From an uncultured Planctomycetales bacterium (GTDB lineage Bacteria > Omnitrophota > Gorgyraeia > Gygaellales > Profunditerraquicolaceae), in the NCBI GenBank assembly GCA_964405005.1, contig CAYOMI010000002.1, positions 1-32,502 of the forward strand: a DNA stretch of 32,502 nt, written 5' to 3'. Of this stretch, positions 24,001 through 25,587 are shown piece by piece. The position numbers and the translations under genes are program-made. Positions within the stretch are counted from its first letter, which is position 1. Every line of letters starts with the position of its first letter. The notes under the pieces are model-generated. The model had not been told where the DNA came from. It saw only the letters and a program-made list of their open reading frames with translations, and made no database searches.

Positions 24001-25415
24001 TTATTCTTAAGGTCTGAAGCAGTATTTGTGCCCACAAAAGGGATATCCTTAAAGTAATCCTGTCTCTGTAGAGTTATTTCCTGATTTTTATAGGTAGCGC
24101 GGTTAAGTCTCTCCTGATCATAATAAGTATAAATAGGCCGGTCTATGCCTGAGGTTACTGAGGTAGTAGTGCCGGTATTTGGATTGTTATATTCGGTCTG
24201 AAAGCCCCATACCTCGCGGTAGGTTGTCTGGGGCAAACCATTAGGCCCAAAATCCGTCCAAGAAGGCCCCACTGCTGTGTTAGAGGTAATAGTATGGGTA
24301 TAGTTCATATCCTGAATGTGGGTATCACTGCGTGGGGCATCAAAGGCGCTATAATTTGTATATCCGCTGCCGTAGTTTGAGCCGTAAAAATCGCTGGAGC
24401 CATAAGAATCGCTACCATAATCATAAGAATCGCTAACCCAGTCACCCGCTCCTTTTATCTTTTTGGCTTCTGCAGGCTCCAGTAACTCTGTATTCTCATC
24501 TAATTTGCTGAATAAGCCAAAACCTGAGAATTCAGCCAGGAATTTTTCTTTAGGTAGAAATTCCTCTTTATGCTCATTGCTAAAATAGACCTTATCCTCA
24601 GTGATTTTGGTTACCAGAATATAATGGTCGCCATTGACATGGGCAATGAAAGGAGTTAAGTTAGGGGATAGTCGAAGGTCCGTGGTCGTTAGTTTAACAG
24701 GATAGAGCGTATATCCAAAAAATTCAGAGGCCTTAGAAAGGGCATATAAGGAGTTTCTGATAATTTCCGGATTTCCTTCAGGTTTAACCACCTCATTTAA
24801 GATATCCACTGTCAAGGCCATTACTGCCACATCCTGCTCCACTACCTGAATACCTTTGTAGGTTAAGAAATCATATAATGCCTTTGCTCCACAAGGCTTT
24901 CCTTTAAGCCAGTTATAGATTTCCTCAATCCGCTGGCGAGACATATTTAAGGGTTTTTCTAATTCTATAGTCAAATTATCAGAAATCTTTATGGCATTTA
25001 TCGGCTTTCCAGCAATATCAGTAAGGATATTTCTTATGGCTAAAGGGATGTCTACTTGCTGAATATTCTTTAAATAGGTAGGTGCAAATGTGCTGGCTGC
25101 GGCTGGCTTTTGCCAGAGTATGCGCCAGTCATATTCTACTGCCTGGGCCACCTGCTCAGGCAGAAAAACGCAAACCACAATAAAAGCCACAATTCTAATC
25201 CAAATTTTTCCCGCAAAACTACTTTTAAACTTGGGCGGGATCCCGCCTTTTTCTAAATTTGCCTGGCGGGAAAAACTGGAATGAAATTCTTCGGCAGGCT
25301 GTGTCTGAGGAGTGCTTTCTTTATTATTATTTTTACCTATATGAAAAAGGGGAAGAAATAGTTTCCCCCTTTCCCCCAATATTCTTATTATTTTTTCGAT
25401 GAATTCCTTCATCAT
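1..25415 (-). CDS. Giant multi-domain membrane/envelope protein. The 5' end is complete and the 3' end runs off the left window edge (at least 8,471 codons open; last full codon at 5..3).
   Basis: Codons of this minus-strand frame occupy plus positions 3n..3n+2. ATG ATG sits at 25415/25412 and is preceded by an in-frame TAA at 25433..25431. I hand-translated the frame and re-verified it base by base near 24.9k, 24.6k, 21.0k, 18.2k, 16.1k, 12.5k, 12.2k, 9.2k, 5.7k, 2.3k, 1.1k, 0.9k and 3..120. It was always the same frame, gave sensible protein sequence and met no stop. The supplied track has no minus-strand fragment in this frame anywhere in 1..25415; its three small minus ORFs are all in another frame. 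That is what is expected if the frame never closes inside the window. Most + strand track ORFs here share one frame (start = 1 mod 3) and are S/L/F-rich, typical of antisense shadows. Confidence 0.9.
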   Translation of the reverse strand, partial: MMKEFIEKIIRILGERGKLFLPLFHIGKNNNKESTPQTQPAEEFHSSFSRQANLEKGGIPPKFKSSFAGKIWIRIVAFIVVCVFLPEQVAQAVEYDWRILWQKPAAASTFAPTYLKNIQQVDIPLAIRNILTDIAGKPINAIKISDNLTIELEKPLNMSRQRIEEIYNWLKGKPCGAKALYDFLTYKGIQVVEQDVAVMALTVDILNEVVKPEGNPEIIRNSLYALSKASEFFGYTLYPVKLTTTDLRLSPNLTPFIAHVNGDHYILVTKITEDKVYFSNEHKEEFLPKEKFLAEFSGFGLFSKLDENTELLEPAEAKKIKGAGDWVSDSYDYGSDSYGSSDFYGSNYGSGYTNYSAFDAPRSDTHIQDMNYTHTITSNTAVGPSWTDFGPNGLPQTTYREVWGFQTEYNNPNTGTTTSVTSGIDRPIYTYYDQERLNRATYKNQEITLQRQDYFKDIPFVGTNTASDLKNNLSYSGPVSGEMAVWVGKYFNDLSYNARISTPLVWDMQPYGRAIGNPVVPEAYSNPAGNLLPSKYNESMNVTATQWSQSIYTLTPQPNSTIRFTNMGVTPGVGDKIKFAAGQGQDIFFINPDSSANKPVIVGVGPQLGPERSYALSFTYDNGETARVNITGQGVDRVFYGTLNQGKALARMPLKQGWFVDGSVDSLEKAVNIKTGQDSKVRLYGSTESWMGSDYTNRRTADITALIGDNKGRLLAIENQGDFQMPSHVNIPTGMGAGSDNSAYTRQLVEKIGAGGSGKLTNPNRDTLLIQGIKKDSKAKFYLGAGERGLDYTPAIWGNWQVPTGQVQMGFEDATNVLRNIQTKEITVTPGLSENNALRYSVTSQGDMQWGKPEWLRTVSNDVANLAYLYSAKSGQDIWRANYTPTGGWKEDSNYNNSLRDGSAEVRGYYQQKTGKELKAIPINEHLDIRYKDGKIWQVKDYYLTQLIPKIEMGNGNNNAGVQNPAETGPTTINADSNRQPDFFIRELVNKGLYEIRSADGSLKPVAALETEIKNNWVSVGVNNRLLFDKDTSYRAEGAMTEWATHAFVNDKHERTGGYIIAAAANDSNNPAKDYKWGRVDNPALSSVGTFTFGDKGIVAGTNAKSGWVDGTALGSYFIKDEKGTIKAPVVNKKGEKVGEIAISPDKMLLEGVDFWANGTGFLSFAAKNAKVLVGKDIKDLAITGRLENGKPIIQINQEHPLIFKQLIDQKIPTAEEIFNQNNTSPPPYQRHHGPVFEENLRVEEESGRHLVNQQKVDFILNNLTSPYVSLSGNFEDVFLNNTAGTEVTNIPVGIQTRRKGEIEEYNLISLLPGKINKIEFDSRGFVITEGVGEQFNKINLLTDYVQVDKKGERDTTNRSGLGKLEDASFIRRIKGYNAQTGRIDYTYDFLTADSFDDGVGPKVKIEKPASFTKEGAPILGFGNGRFALLGKHLSDIEEKEVERQNKIGEINFQIDQLNKKLEKLDKKQNRQVIEQQINTLKKELSGLGYEPSKTDKPARADQTISHKINIGVSGNTLTGDNQRGIFSHQGTFSTQATLDGYYANAALMENGKEITSFERIALGLQNIVDETGNRIGEGRVYVLPYGEEHKKGEKARVLEFNSHEQLFTLGAGEQFEAVNMLVNYPGVREDGRIKPINKQNRKGTEIQEMAAKLSGVSFVREITGYNKESGVEYKYKKDSVSAEGFDNGRENGRIEKHIRGLVSDDGKYVGLDFGTARIDLFAKRTLDYDTPKDKKAPEDRHNKKDDKPLFNVKDRVSEIRRTKERILTADNQIAIFSHQGTFSASAGLDGYYGNITFTKESVAPYFEIAIAKQMGTAGPTYLKPYGMNNKKPVEIKFDANERPYNKGVGERAEGVNHLITDKDGNIIGKLFNISYEFEVLGKDEKGTIQYRYKPGSFSALKYFDAEKGKWLDKIPAVIDKELGLPLLDINGTQKIFFHQGAFNNQSSFLDLVMGKETKQESELRPGQKWIGYDREGDELLFWVDANKDVHSALLRDRNGKKRSSDEQYGIIARKTLSPYARFKLKTLRENPRGWKSWFCWGGFNLTDTYDPSEFKLEEKIVEGQKVTMLHMKGKGYLLEPQDIALIDYNKDKKNTNAGVALTKAISRLFGVNADAEPIEGTGVLALFATKKNQQLVAVLLNGGFQPYNISPLSKNASEKEKKIEQGISVSPPKAKGKTEIIIPEYITAGGQRTEGHWLSASKYKINWQEGQSSPSITLLRGGYRYDRQYISGNTQNVKDTTTVTFEHRARSEAQVVAINGNEVEHREQIVGGSPNDQKLYFKNGSYVLFLGQRGIVLSGADIGFYSHLSTDSKKWLTDLYNQLFERRDPKSQYIPIENLIVRLGVSGGLTWDNFGQQMQKLNISQELKEKFILDLIYNNTNLHIGGINPDKDSKKGLNCVGISLLTCELMEKIGTNKYSIVYMTRDDNPIGHVSLHNGKDIIELAIRGSGDSSLEKRYKEAGWDLSKVWVIGKDAEGRVVREHLLQMLAGKSKIVCGFQNKDVKKVEMAKRSLEYGRITEAAQLMEGLTDRSVPGADAMYHNLGISYLLGKDNQKAKEYLSIASNLGDNSMLSILGILRQIENNPNAKINVRRNPDGSIGIQVVVSNKSYTAKAAYREVFTTDPLSKGVNHFTGGLEIKEDENNVLGYYYKGQPVQIVHYANDGRVFFKYSKSGDNDKFYKLSPESNEAIELDRECVELATEDLMKARHGENQLLRGQLQQRNVSLEEVLAAADLIMQSKNSSNKKDQRLYDIAKSTSIWIGETQKDLQDYINRSWWITRKLVPIEKALYAPNLNLALMVTGAEIEFPFRLAGTAFNSARGIVESPGWALEKIIIYACMPSYWRHKEVFHEQNKALGEEIWNMWRGDWHPFTWAKEQREGYLKAAGWTGNAFEILAELLLLRKVGSSLNLSSKANWLLSPATKGSAALSGLAFAGGELLVNKTLNMIWNQEPLWGWDVNKKYLPQTLITFGTIFGLHMFNIHLNNRAAAKGLLQKTADGRFIPTENIAPNLKPAAIKFTTYKGIVNNAILFGNVDMATNNVLHAPELNNASFGDTVKFNIQSFTGLDFLSLGGGIKDVFRGQAGRGLVKIVQGLKGESWMAGAKGGAFFGGIIGFAGGVANYTDFAKSKFWTENRFGKILNFSFNPYYGVVDDRLIINRWTWAAQRTFTLATWTATAVAARLAIDLDSFKTNEWKEAAMEAATWGAYARFLASSGKLSEFLRGNRNLTGKFSDYSGLIRNVGVIATGAGINIGRDFGIGYLEKKTGRSFGAEPLVYEDGNLISGNGLIPGKASPGQIVVSGIRGAVYAKLVQFALSKAGNKYFNNVGKNVKHYGTLANEEVKLAEGPKQRLVHQFVAEPLKGTVKWPFISLVMDKAKPVWDTTIGAVEKTVDHVFYINMDQPVWGWKFADKWYPFRKEEQDPITRQIHYRPLTAGELFSIDRAQALQYIAAAKHGKFMGVLLRIAMNTPRELAPETGYQSLSVKLGASRGVATKIVSAADWAFAKNKWLSALAPGKLGKLAAIMNKNSIVAEIDSLFYISGYVTGVARILDSIKRAGLYTDVLTNRVYNNFTNRENFEKGMANYKAVAPSSKEENAIGWVRLAIKTGNILPEHLELLLVHEGRGPQGPGEINRGATLKEFQRFNKYSSIAEISRKEAGIQEKIEREFPSPSKRKIILSGEENAPPEGEVTIYGSSEKPISKVYRGEKGIRDAFNSGDKEAAKKAIISRAEILLPEQTSKQKAIQKHLEIFLFGKGRATQQAEDALENSGASQETMQQLKALRDKANRLMPLMEEYAQLRGFNAGLIERNPKLLTSKSLKVVTETETGSETVEFKVGEDKLSARIDIGELKRGQGAERIAEVLIERQRSVGGLREVKIGYKQYEGSDLVSESEREIKSGAETEQGKIRKINIGDQIEVELTGELRSRYESLVIDFATRRDNYSKALGKPISKTEKDYYQARYDYWQRYLEGAGQEELAKLHSKADSLHKGYVEGYFARLKTQTSNPDAEATRKMDRVRDYYLQTGKDIPDTLDINDPVLISTIARFALFKANSMKEIQKLKKQFKETPANGQEEEIITLKVKGGYRYEFKRSEIEKIINDPNSGLEFQLQHKLRTRVFGELVDNGKIGEAQQLLEKICNTKDGESVKGEDLLVDATLKKAAKGLIAQISTLQKAQEVGLINNEGKLNVEFNPNGTMKPKSGILNANLDNFIREFNQSITSFEGRSDQAIRADLAKEAKGIIGKGKYAGDYYFDLFKVGLKTYAVEAKLRFGEDGKIKEPEKTTEGLQMLCGLFKEKNPLLRSGGGKTLPGMIELVIHALWGAEGVDKEGKINFRKNMTLVVRDGEQVSKAKYKEIFDTFGLGLVPIGNGEANLLEALFKDPKAVILIDDVSFGHLHNILRGSFREVLNTQDVIRFDEFHLHFASDNAYITAEGKIPLSTDIIRTTKEAWDKIKQLIHQGRIEQLSFQKVKENQRPGFYYDALMEKVVINAKAREIFERELHLSPEVTQAVLRARFYPEGQNGRYKVINEGKDKGGILVVERGRVEPDKVMSDKYLLAALAAKEAHRVDPTKLYTSPANSQATLTEILKFSPHTSVLGFSGTLDSVELMLKFQIGRGIEKISETKFDGTSVISHTSDSKKLAGDIVQKILEGRRNGLILVRDSQLYQELQKQLSKKSQIELKEININSKPQDIDTLSKEWINVQGLDNGKIRVILSNEQGATGVDYQGNINLVIADGQNWRLTRLLQGIHRNNRKGEDAERWVYFQAPSTDNMPKYLLNEINARINSRYKGEKVIEIKGRSGDVEGSLTNAERLDVEGLLTNAKRLEVVEIHKAISNQLRDAAYSTFIIEKIKNMLVTAEAAEDHKSFRALGEILKDAIDYKNKPTWDDLLVSQYPDSAEKQIERILKSVATQAKGYMGLILRSSDINNPLVKLNAKETLTDIDVAVKGYNNITADSQRTINGVSSFREIVAAGKALKGNLFTEYIQANNLRTTDAKAARVINYLNTQREQAGLSKLSESQGIAITRLLDTVILSNGTRGSPELLRHIVPFAPSLKPVLEPVLEKLAPDLSSGQSLSPVSIQGITQIYTTINDSLFTSSASQTPREQRLADADFVTSLIYPEYTFNHLASVVGAYDRIRLLPDIRQNILDVQDILKPQGATTSQSQSQSGLLRLEDKQILVQDFIDNPYYYLGGVTRTGEKWWNPVAIIKEHRLRNRTSFLEQSQSFVLNNNRLYYWTEARPTRNLLVKAASMDEAKLEEQIKKLFSPIQKMEGEAKQAQERTMALAFSLRNFSWRIKEEKKYREVYNRLLEGLLSATDKQTVEFYSDQLRSLDKRISLGYDEFLKAREANFGNKKVPFVDVVETLRKSKTDTSGTAWIELWREKLGLSGYRQPGKWITFTPFGMGLGGLTTRGLGWLTWIPYSIAATATGFLIHFAQKDPDSYVNHRLNFGRANLDATILDTIHKKKQESPDFVLGLKEADEIAEEIVKKFAKRGIKRDDVIKTIVTFSNPFIAKDTLDIRAIRKLSDKRVEKYLSFLSEEEQKTYRYLRSLPTLVDEDYAHKREELCGKARSVALGDMLKENLEKTLQVSDKPEKHEDCVTRMREALQELSEKQDDHFKKIAEDWLKDRKNRKAKSLFEGDATTYVGGELKKQAKQIFKAIEAAEKHFGFDKSQPGIATTLDDNQKAEVREDFYYTIKKVLEEKKSAEEKVKEIEALNNKVRRDLLVHLTAKQELRKTLNTEGKDMVSGFGREGITEKFINTQLEKIKDERVKAELRSALKETLKKLDTLVHRWAEAGITRDEWVSEEIKQEDTAVKDELNKIEQQLKNLAQAINNIQGQSLDYSQNIKQLNEILKNLKRQEAETVQVRQEDLNAVSAVIDAVIRSSAVTHRQRIKDLVVLYKGLIKDDKNEIRSVEEALKELDKLEEDAVLTNSRNDALGRIPVYLANLKSLLATPDNDKDIQLMRLQAAKDILAGEHTRLAREVLQKMQEELKKIEKQVKDAQSVIEIRNKGTQKRVDELSKEEKVALFEYWRKSFQPDLAKFDTQNVNASLQTAIKQIFGIDKTITEQNYEEQFNKFLFLMDLGSKGEVRFTRTQRIWDIGYEELKHRYEKILSQEKVSFYNRHAEESKGKVILYAQKDSLREFKDKLQRNELKAEKEKRDFLKEIGLENLSKRLLLMNAREVEKVLQDISSQQDIPYLVDSLNETLGIDRKEAIDVILAYALEEKLHKVNNIPKLLEKLHKKTYTYRVKTDDIYKEFYAKDSQPLLIMKANGDFVTLLFARPDMWVVLDEKGTVQTVQPLPEKQFYLFNSTKLPQDIFGRGIGSWGRHLIKSKEMQKLSTTEIPISDKEEFTQKVLNDSRLNKVISRYAPYLLSKEEVRSDKTKRIEKAKELIAQAKVSQALQEAADNIASLNQVATRLLGLMQQAGLDVEQINGLLLDKGVVDVGDNFRLVYLNGRIEAFYAEKEGEVITLRREKVAEGLPLSARNGNEIYIFREAVEAQAQAKVEEFASSDYAGKFGLRLTSSWKPSFASISFAVIGAGLLVAAIFIGGIGGIAAGIGGAIAAGIGSLYTGRVVFKFNKSVFSQKDIEDYLKAKEILRQQRENNKVTFESTNYEERVLDLILMGDGARTEQVRKLAFYHFLFDSDNGAIKDVEYLKIIKGKIGLDAWDGEEKTLRKAIKKVNFTGAFNTGVDVKTEDTLTVTHPVDYYATKLQQGLREEDKDKRNNVLAEALAAFLDGRVKDISTVSQQHNPLPALSQIVLNNELSAGVRQQAMDIIAKIADNNPSLALSILETIVNAPSKKEQEDIKLDSFHMQAMATIENINLSKVKEGKEREEFGKNLVQALVNIALRNSQPEMEIKAVQKLQKLLDYVNRTTITQIVFLLKEENAALRNEAAGLFKVWAEKNKVEISDVQKALNASEIKQIIDCLEGRKNDITVSYRKLKRIGDKKGKLSESEISSFINQFGPETAREFMKTKLSTDDKADKIIALQVLASLVESDLSAIESYLNDPDKDIKIWVNIALLTVYAKYPQKADKEKINSAWGIIIEEGNLALCTILTEKFNHLLDILVEHNYKTVINEINVKADEIIHLISSLRDNRDAQELISALEKTISFLVENKKVIPTQNMIDSLINSLHKEMKLDRDKLEVSFAKIVFRIISEFVKAEPNLKAEPNLKVEVNVSEFKNPEIRTLLLDFLRETKQPSQLGTILDNIKRPNLTQLEEIERLLGVLENGGNIDAVKGQLLNLLNKGTYGKVNNEQYQEKIISIRRKAAQLLAEAGQDLDTYLNDEDVEIRFWANVVSKAQNREAAEQVALEMLEEGSLDKQGKLALLAMVENRKIKVDDEVVDAFTELLEDSDEEVVKKALEVFEVEVWKKAATASIKNGQVVDEQEKIFDLEQLTPVQRKVILERINNLKGIKDNYIVRWSDLQLEDEEGKTHPAGLVVYKINNTSGKVIYVSQETSLKEGEISILVGETWQENGSIYVTESYLDEQAKVIEDAQKNGEYKENDPLNKKMTAFYHQLLAKAHNGEDKEVVKEFEAQRLLAETYFANNGIRNGKLAVNLTAAVNASKYQEVVLWLALAAILKEATQGNNQALSFFDRLAAAITNNGNGAAKIENSEELAKWVKDTLLQQSHTELSSKIKQIAPDFGVSVPSAANSIFMMFNAKPVTSLDEKGRLIIEPKFHTESSQFRLWNLKHEYWHTQLNQLYPYLSKEVKEAVAVALAFDNLGEITDEHLQRLANGLEFNNNLTEEKFLSNIFDLLAQMAESIASRQYILDNKETLITQARAIVGEHQTSRNIPAERQQPAPLPETPTNIPAPTGSSIGQIHQGFGLGLGLSQITDNVLSVKELIKIIGGAHRTYHPGIRVATAISAIAGRGLTQARKFAKSLNRKSNAVVHTDSTAQALVGKEQVVAEGKAGNLTKESLDAQGVRTLSERTEQGSISASNTSGIYRTPEQKREDLQRAATQNLPKNNKPTRIPASLKVDSQETILETEKTQTGEELREAKKEHDYLLFISIPTSTSTTPEFGGTEAFNLEFTPSAPDTTSTPNLEQSTFEFNPGPTTPNNPIMPEGGFGGDGGSGGKGPGTPNNPIMPEGGFGGNGGSGFIKAILPTVIVLVAAFIIFALPEFASCGEVIKQGNRIYILVQKGDTWGHIVEMLRIGLNALNLLTTGKSLLAGKFWGDNGAVYNSYRAIQADNPRFVDINKIYIGQKIDITNLNVPESLVGAKTGTVTDTGITQTPSPIDTHRLATPTPSHEWVNFFKNPYNITLVVLGAILLVEILVIVKQIVKHYRRTNKISQDLPIKDRRMRKQVNRMKQEARGLDRKVREETEKITHKVRAFMRKVATPRAVTPKSKKKEIEVEIPGKRVVRDTQEKAETARRIARIKEELLDLNAKVDKGETPADINKRIEAIIKEIDNIANIYAEHRALYDEMMDLLNGLIKKTGYQPDVPKDASSQGLPR
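3..520 (-). other. Basic, K/R/E-rich helical (coiled-coil-like) tail of the giant protein; continues beyond the window
   Basis: Hand translation gives ...KHYRRTNKISQDLPIKDRRMRKQVNRMKQEARGLDRKVREETEKITHKVRAFMRK...RIARIKEELLDLNAKVDKGE...IYAEHRALYDEMMDLLNGLIKKTGYQPDVPKDASSQGLPR. Confidence 0.5.
528..590 (-). other. Predicted transmembrane helix (C-terminal side of the LysM-like module)
   Basis: Hydrophobic run NITLVVLGAILLVEILVIVKQIV, followed by the basic stretch KHYRR. Confidence 0.6.
745..965 (-). other. LysM-like peptidoglycan-binding module with an internal insertion
   Basis: Verified codon by codon: YILVQKGDTWGHIVEMLRIGL...AVYNSYRAIQADNPRFVDINKIYIGQKIDI. The LysM hallmarks are present (Y-x-V-x-x-GDT-hydrophobic-x-x-I and N-x-x-x-I-x-x-GQ-x-I-x-I), but the module is about 30 aa longer than a canonical LysM. 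Confidence 0.5.
1005..1070 (-). other. Predicted transmembrane helix (N-terminal side of the LysM-like module)
   Basis: Hydrophobic run KAILPTVIVLVAAFIIFALPEF, verified in frame. Confidence 0.6.
1074..1214 (-). repeat. In-frame 72-nt (24-aa) tandem duplication in a Pro/Gly-rich linker
   Basis: ccaaaaccaccctcaggcattat... recurs with a 72-nt period (starting at 1093 and 1165). The protein copies are GPTTPNNPIMPEGGFGGDGGSGGK and GPGTPNNPIMPEGGFGGNGGSG. A T/S/P-rich stretch lies upstream (TSTSTTPEFGGTEAFNLEFTPSAPDTTSTPNLEQSTFEFNP). Confidence 0.85.
2289..2303 (-). other. HExxH motif (HEYWH), a candidate zincin metallopeptidase site
   Basis: Verified codons give RLWNLKHEYWHTQLN. This is a motif-only call; I did not identify a third zinc ligand. 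Confidence 0.2.
3290..5270 (-). other. HEAT/ARM-like alpha-solenoid repeat region
   Basis: Recurring L-x-D-x-D-x-x-[IV]-[RK]-x-x-A-like units: LNDPDKDIKIWVNIALLTVY (~4340..4390), LNDEDVEIRFWANVVSKAQ (~3500..3550), LEDSDEEVVKKALEVFE, LKEENAALRNEAAGLFKVW and ELSAGVRQQAMDIIAKIADNNP. The whole region is helical in composition. Confidence 0.45.
3872..3907 (-). repeat. Perfect in-frame 18-nt tandem duplication (KAEPNL x2)
   Basis: ttaagttaggttctgcct at 3872..3889 is repeated exactly at 3890..3907. Confidence 0.95.
5690..5830 (-). other. Glycine-zipper transmembrane segment(s), probably a hairpin of two helices
   Basis: Verified sequence: SFASISFAVIGAGLLVAAIFIGGIGGIAAGIGGAIAAGIGSLY. Confidence 0.6.
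7000..8750 (-). other. Coiled-coil-rich K/E/L/Q helical region
   Basis: Examples: IKQEDTAVKDELNKIEQQLKNLAQAINNIQGQSLDYSQNIKQLNEILKNLKRQEAETVQVRQEDL and LAREVLQKMQEELKKIEKQVKDAQSVIEIRN. The heptad-like spacing was judged by eye only. Confidence 0.45.
9130..9240 (-). other. Predicted transmembrane hairpin
   Basis: Verified sequence: PGKWITFTPFGMGLGGLTTRGLGWLTWIPYSIAATATGFLIHF. Confidence 0.55.
10941..11012 (-). repeat. In-frame 36-nt tandem duplication (12 aa)
   Basis: taatctcttggcattggtaagcaaaccttctacatc (10941..10976) versus taatctctcggcattagtaagcgaaccttctacatc (10977..11012), with 33/36 identical. The protein copies are DVEGSLTNAERL and DVEGLLTNAKRL. Confidence 0.9.
11150..12520 (-). other. 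SecA-DEAD-like / SF2 helicase-like P-loop ATPase domain
   Basis: Motif I is LLRSGGGKTLPG (GGGKT = 12495..12509, verified). Motif II is VIRFDEFH (12159..12176, verified). A motif III-like LGFSGTL lies at ~11611..11637, a motif V-like ILSNEQGATGVDY at ~11241..11275 and a motif VI-like RLLQGIHRNNRKGEDAERWVYF at ~11155..11200. The order, spacing and flanks (GLGLVPIG..., ILIDDVSFGHLHNILR) parallel the SecA motor (TGEGKTL / DEVDSILIDEA / GMTGTA / TNMAGRGTDI / QLRGRAGRQGDPG). Confidence 0.65.
15650..16950 (-). other. Gly/Trp-rich hydrophobic block with several predicted membrane helices
   Basis: Hydrophobic runs: GWALEKIIIYACM, SAALSGLAFAGGELLV, TLITFGTIFGLHMFNI, GGAFFGGIIGFAGGVANY (verified at 16080..16139), WTWAAQRTFTLATWTATAVAARLAI and NVGVIATGAGINIG. 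Confidence 0.5.
17700..17905 (-). other. TPR-like repeat pair
   Basis: MAKRSLEYGRITEAAQLMEGLTDRSVPGADAMYHNLGISYLLGKDNQKAKEYLSIASNLGDNS. Confidence 0.4.
18090..18240 (-). other. Cys...His core resembling a transglutaminase-like or papain-fold cysteine peptidase
   Basis: Verified sequence: KKGLNCVGISLLTCELMEKIGTNKYSIVYMTRDDNPIGHVSLHNGKDIIEL (Cys codon 18216..18218, His codon 18117..18119, 33 aa apart). It resembles the G-x-C-x-x-F-A...GIPAR-x-V-x-G...HAW-x-E pattern, but the third catalytic residue is not clear. Confidence 0.3.
19560..21600 (-). repeat. Three divergent tandem protein modules (~160-250 aa each) plus the start of a fourth
   Basis: Recurrent blocks: GIFSHQGTFSTQATLDGYY (~20790..20850), IAIFSHQGTFSASAGLDGYY (~20035..20100) and KIFFHQGAFNNQSSFLD (~19560..19615). 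Also GVGEQFNKINLLTDY / GAGEQFEAVNMLVNY / GVGERAEGVNHLITD, and SFIRRIKGYNAQTGRIDYTYD...SFDDG / SFVREITGYNKESGVEYKYK...GFDNG / YEFEVLGKDEKGTIQYRYK...YFDAEKG. DNA similarity remains locally (agagaaggttccctgatgagagaaaat versus agagaatgttccctggtgggagaagat). A coiled coil (QIDQLNKKLEKLDKKQNRQ, 20960..21130) separates modules 1 and 2. Confidence 0.7.
24395..24440 (-). repeat. 21-nt in-frame duplication in an S/Y/G/D low-complexity linker
   Basis: cataagaatcgcta occurs at 24401..24414 and again at 24422..24435. The protein is DWVSDSYDYGSDSYGSSDFYGSNYGSGY. Confidence 0.7.
24500..24930 (-). other. Peptidase C39-like (papain-fold, bacteriocin-processing type) cysteine peptidase domain
   Basis: Verified sequences: LKGKPCGAKALYDFLTYKGIQV (Cys codon 24891..24893), ...FIAHVNGDHYILVTKI (His codon 24624..24626) and TEDKVYFSNEHKEEFLPKEKFLAEFSGFGL. 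These match the C39 layout C-G-x-x-A-L...G, H-[FY]-hydrophobic-V-L, and D/N...hydrophobic...F...W/F-x-G. Confidence 0.6.
25150..25210 (-). other. N-terminal signal-anchor / transmembrane helix of the giant protein
   Basis: KIWIRIVAFIVVCVFLPEQVAQAV lies about 70 aa from the start, after a polar basic N-terminus. Confidence 0.6.
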
Positions 25416-25452
25416 TTTATAAACTATTTCTTAAACTCTTTAATAACCTTCT

Positions 25453-25508
25453 AAAACAAAAACCGGATTGTCAAATACTAACTTTTGCGTCGGTATTCGG
25501 CAACCCGG
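25453..25508 (-). terminator. Intrinsic-terminator (attenuator) hairpin plus U-tract in the giant-gene leader; overlaps the 3' part of the riboswitch aptamer
   Basis: In the RNA, CCGGGUUGCCGAAUAC pairs with GUAUUUGACAAUCCGG over 16 positions (1 C-A mismatch, 2 G-U) with a 14-nt loop, followed by UUUUUGUUUU (plus 25453..25462). The ATG lies about 37 nt downstream. Confidence 0.7.
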
Positions 25509-25587
25509 CTATCCTGTTACAATAAATTTTATTAGGACCCGCGGCTTTGCGCCCCCATCTCACAATGGGTTTGCCCTTTTCGCTACC
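25492..25587 (-). promoter_or_regulatory. c-di-GMP-I (GEMM-I) riboswitch aptamer, copy A (giant-gene leader)
   Basis: RNA: GGUAGCGAAAAGGGCAAACCCAUUGUGAGAUGGGGGCGCAAAGCCGCGGGUCCUAAUAAAAUUUAUUGUAACAGGAUAGCCGGGUUGCCGAAUACC. It contains the GEMM-I blocks AGGGCAAACC, a GNRA-capped hairpin (CCCAUU-GUGA-GAUGGG), GGCGCAAAGCC, a second hairpin with a CCUAA receptor-like element, and AGCCGGGUUGCCGA. GGUA...UACC can close P1. Confidence 0.8.

Noticed and set aside
1-25415. Idea that the 25-kb stretch without track ORFs reflects stop-codon reassignment (for example code 4, 25 or 15) or non-coding DNA
   Set aside because: Under the standard code one minus-strand frame is open and encodes recognisable motifs, and the neighbouring 2,089-aa gene is also open under the standard code. 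The ORF is simply unlisted, presumably because it has no stop within the window.
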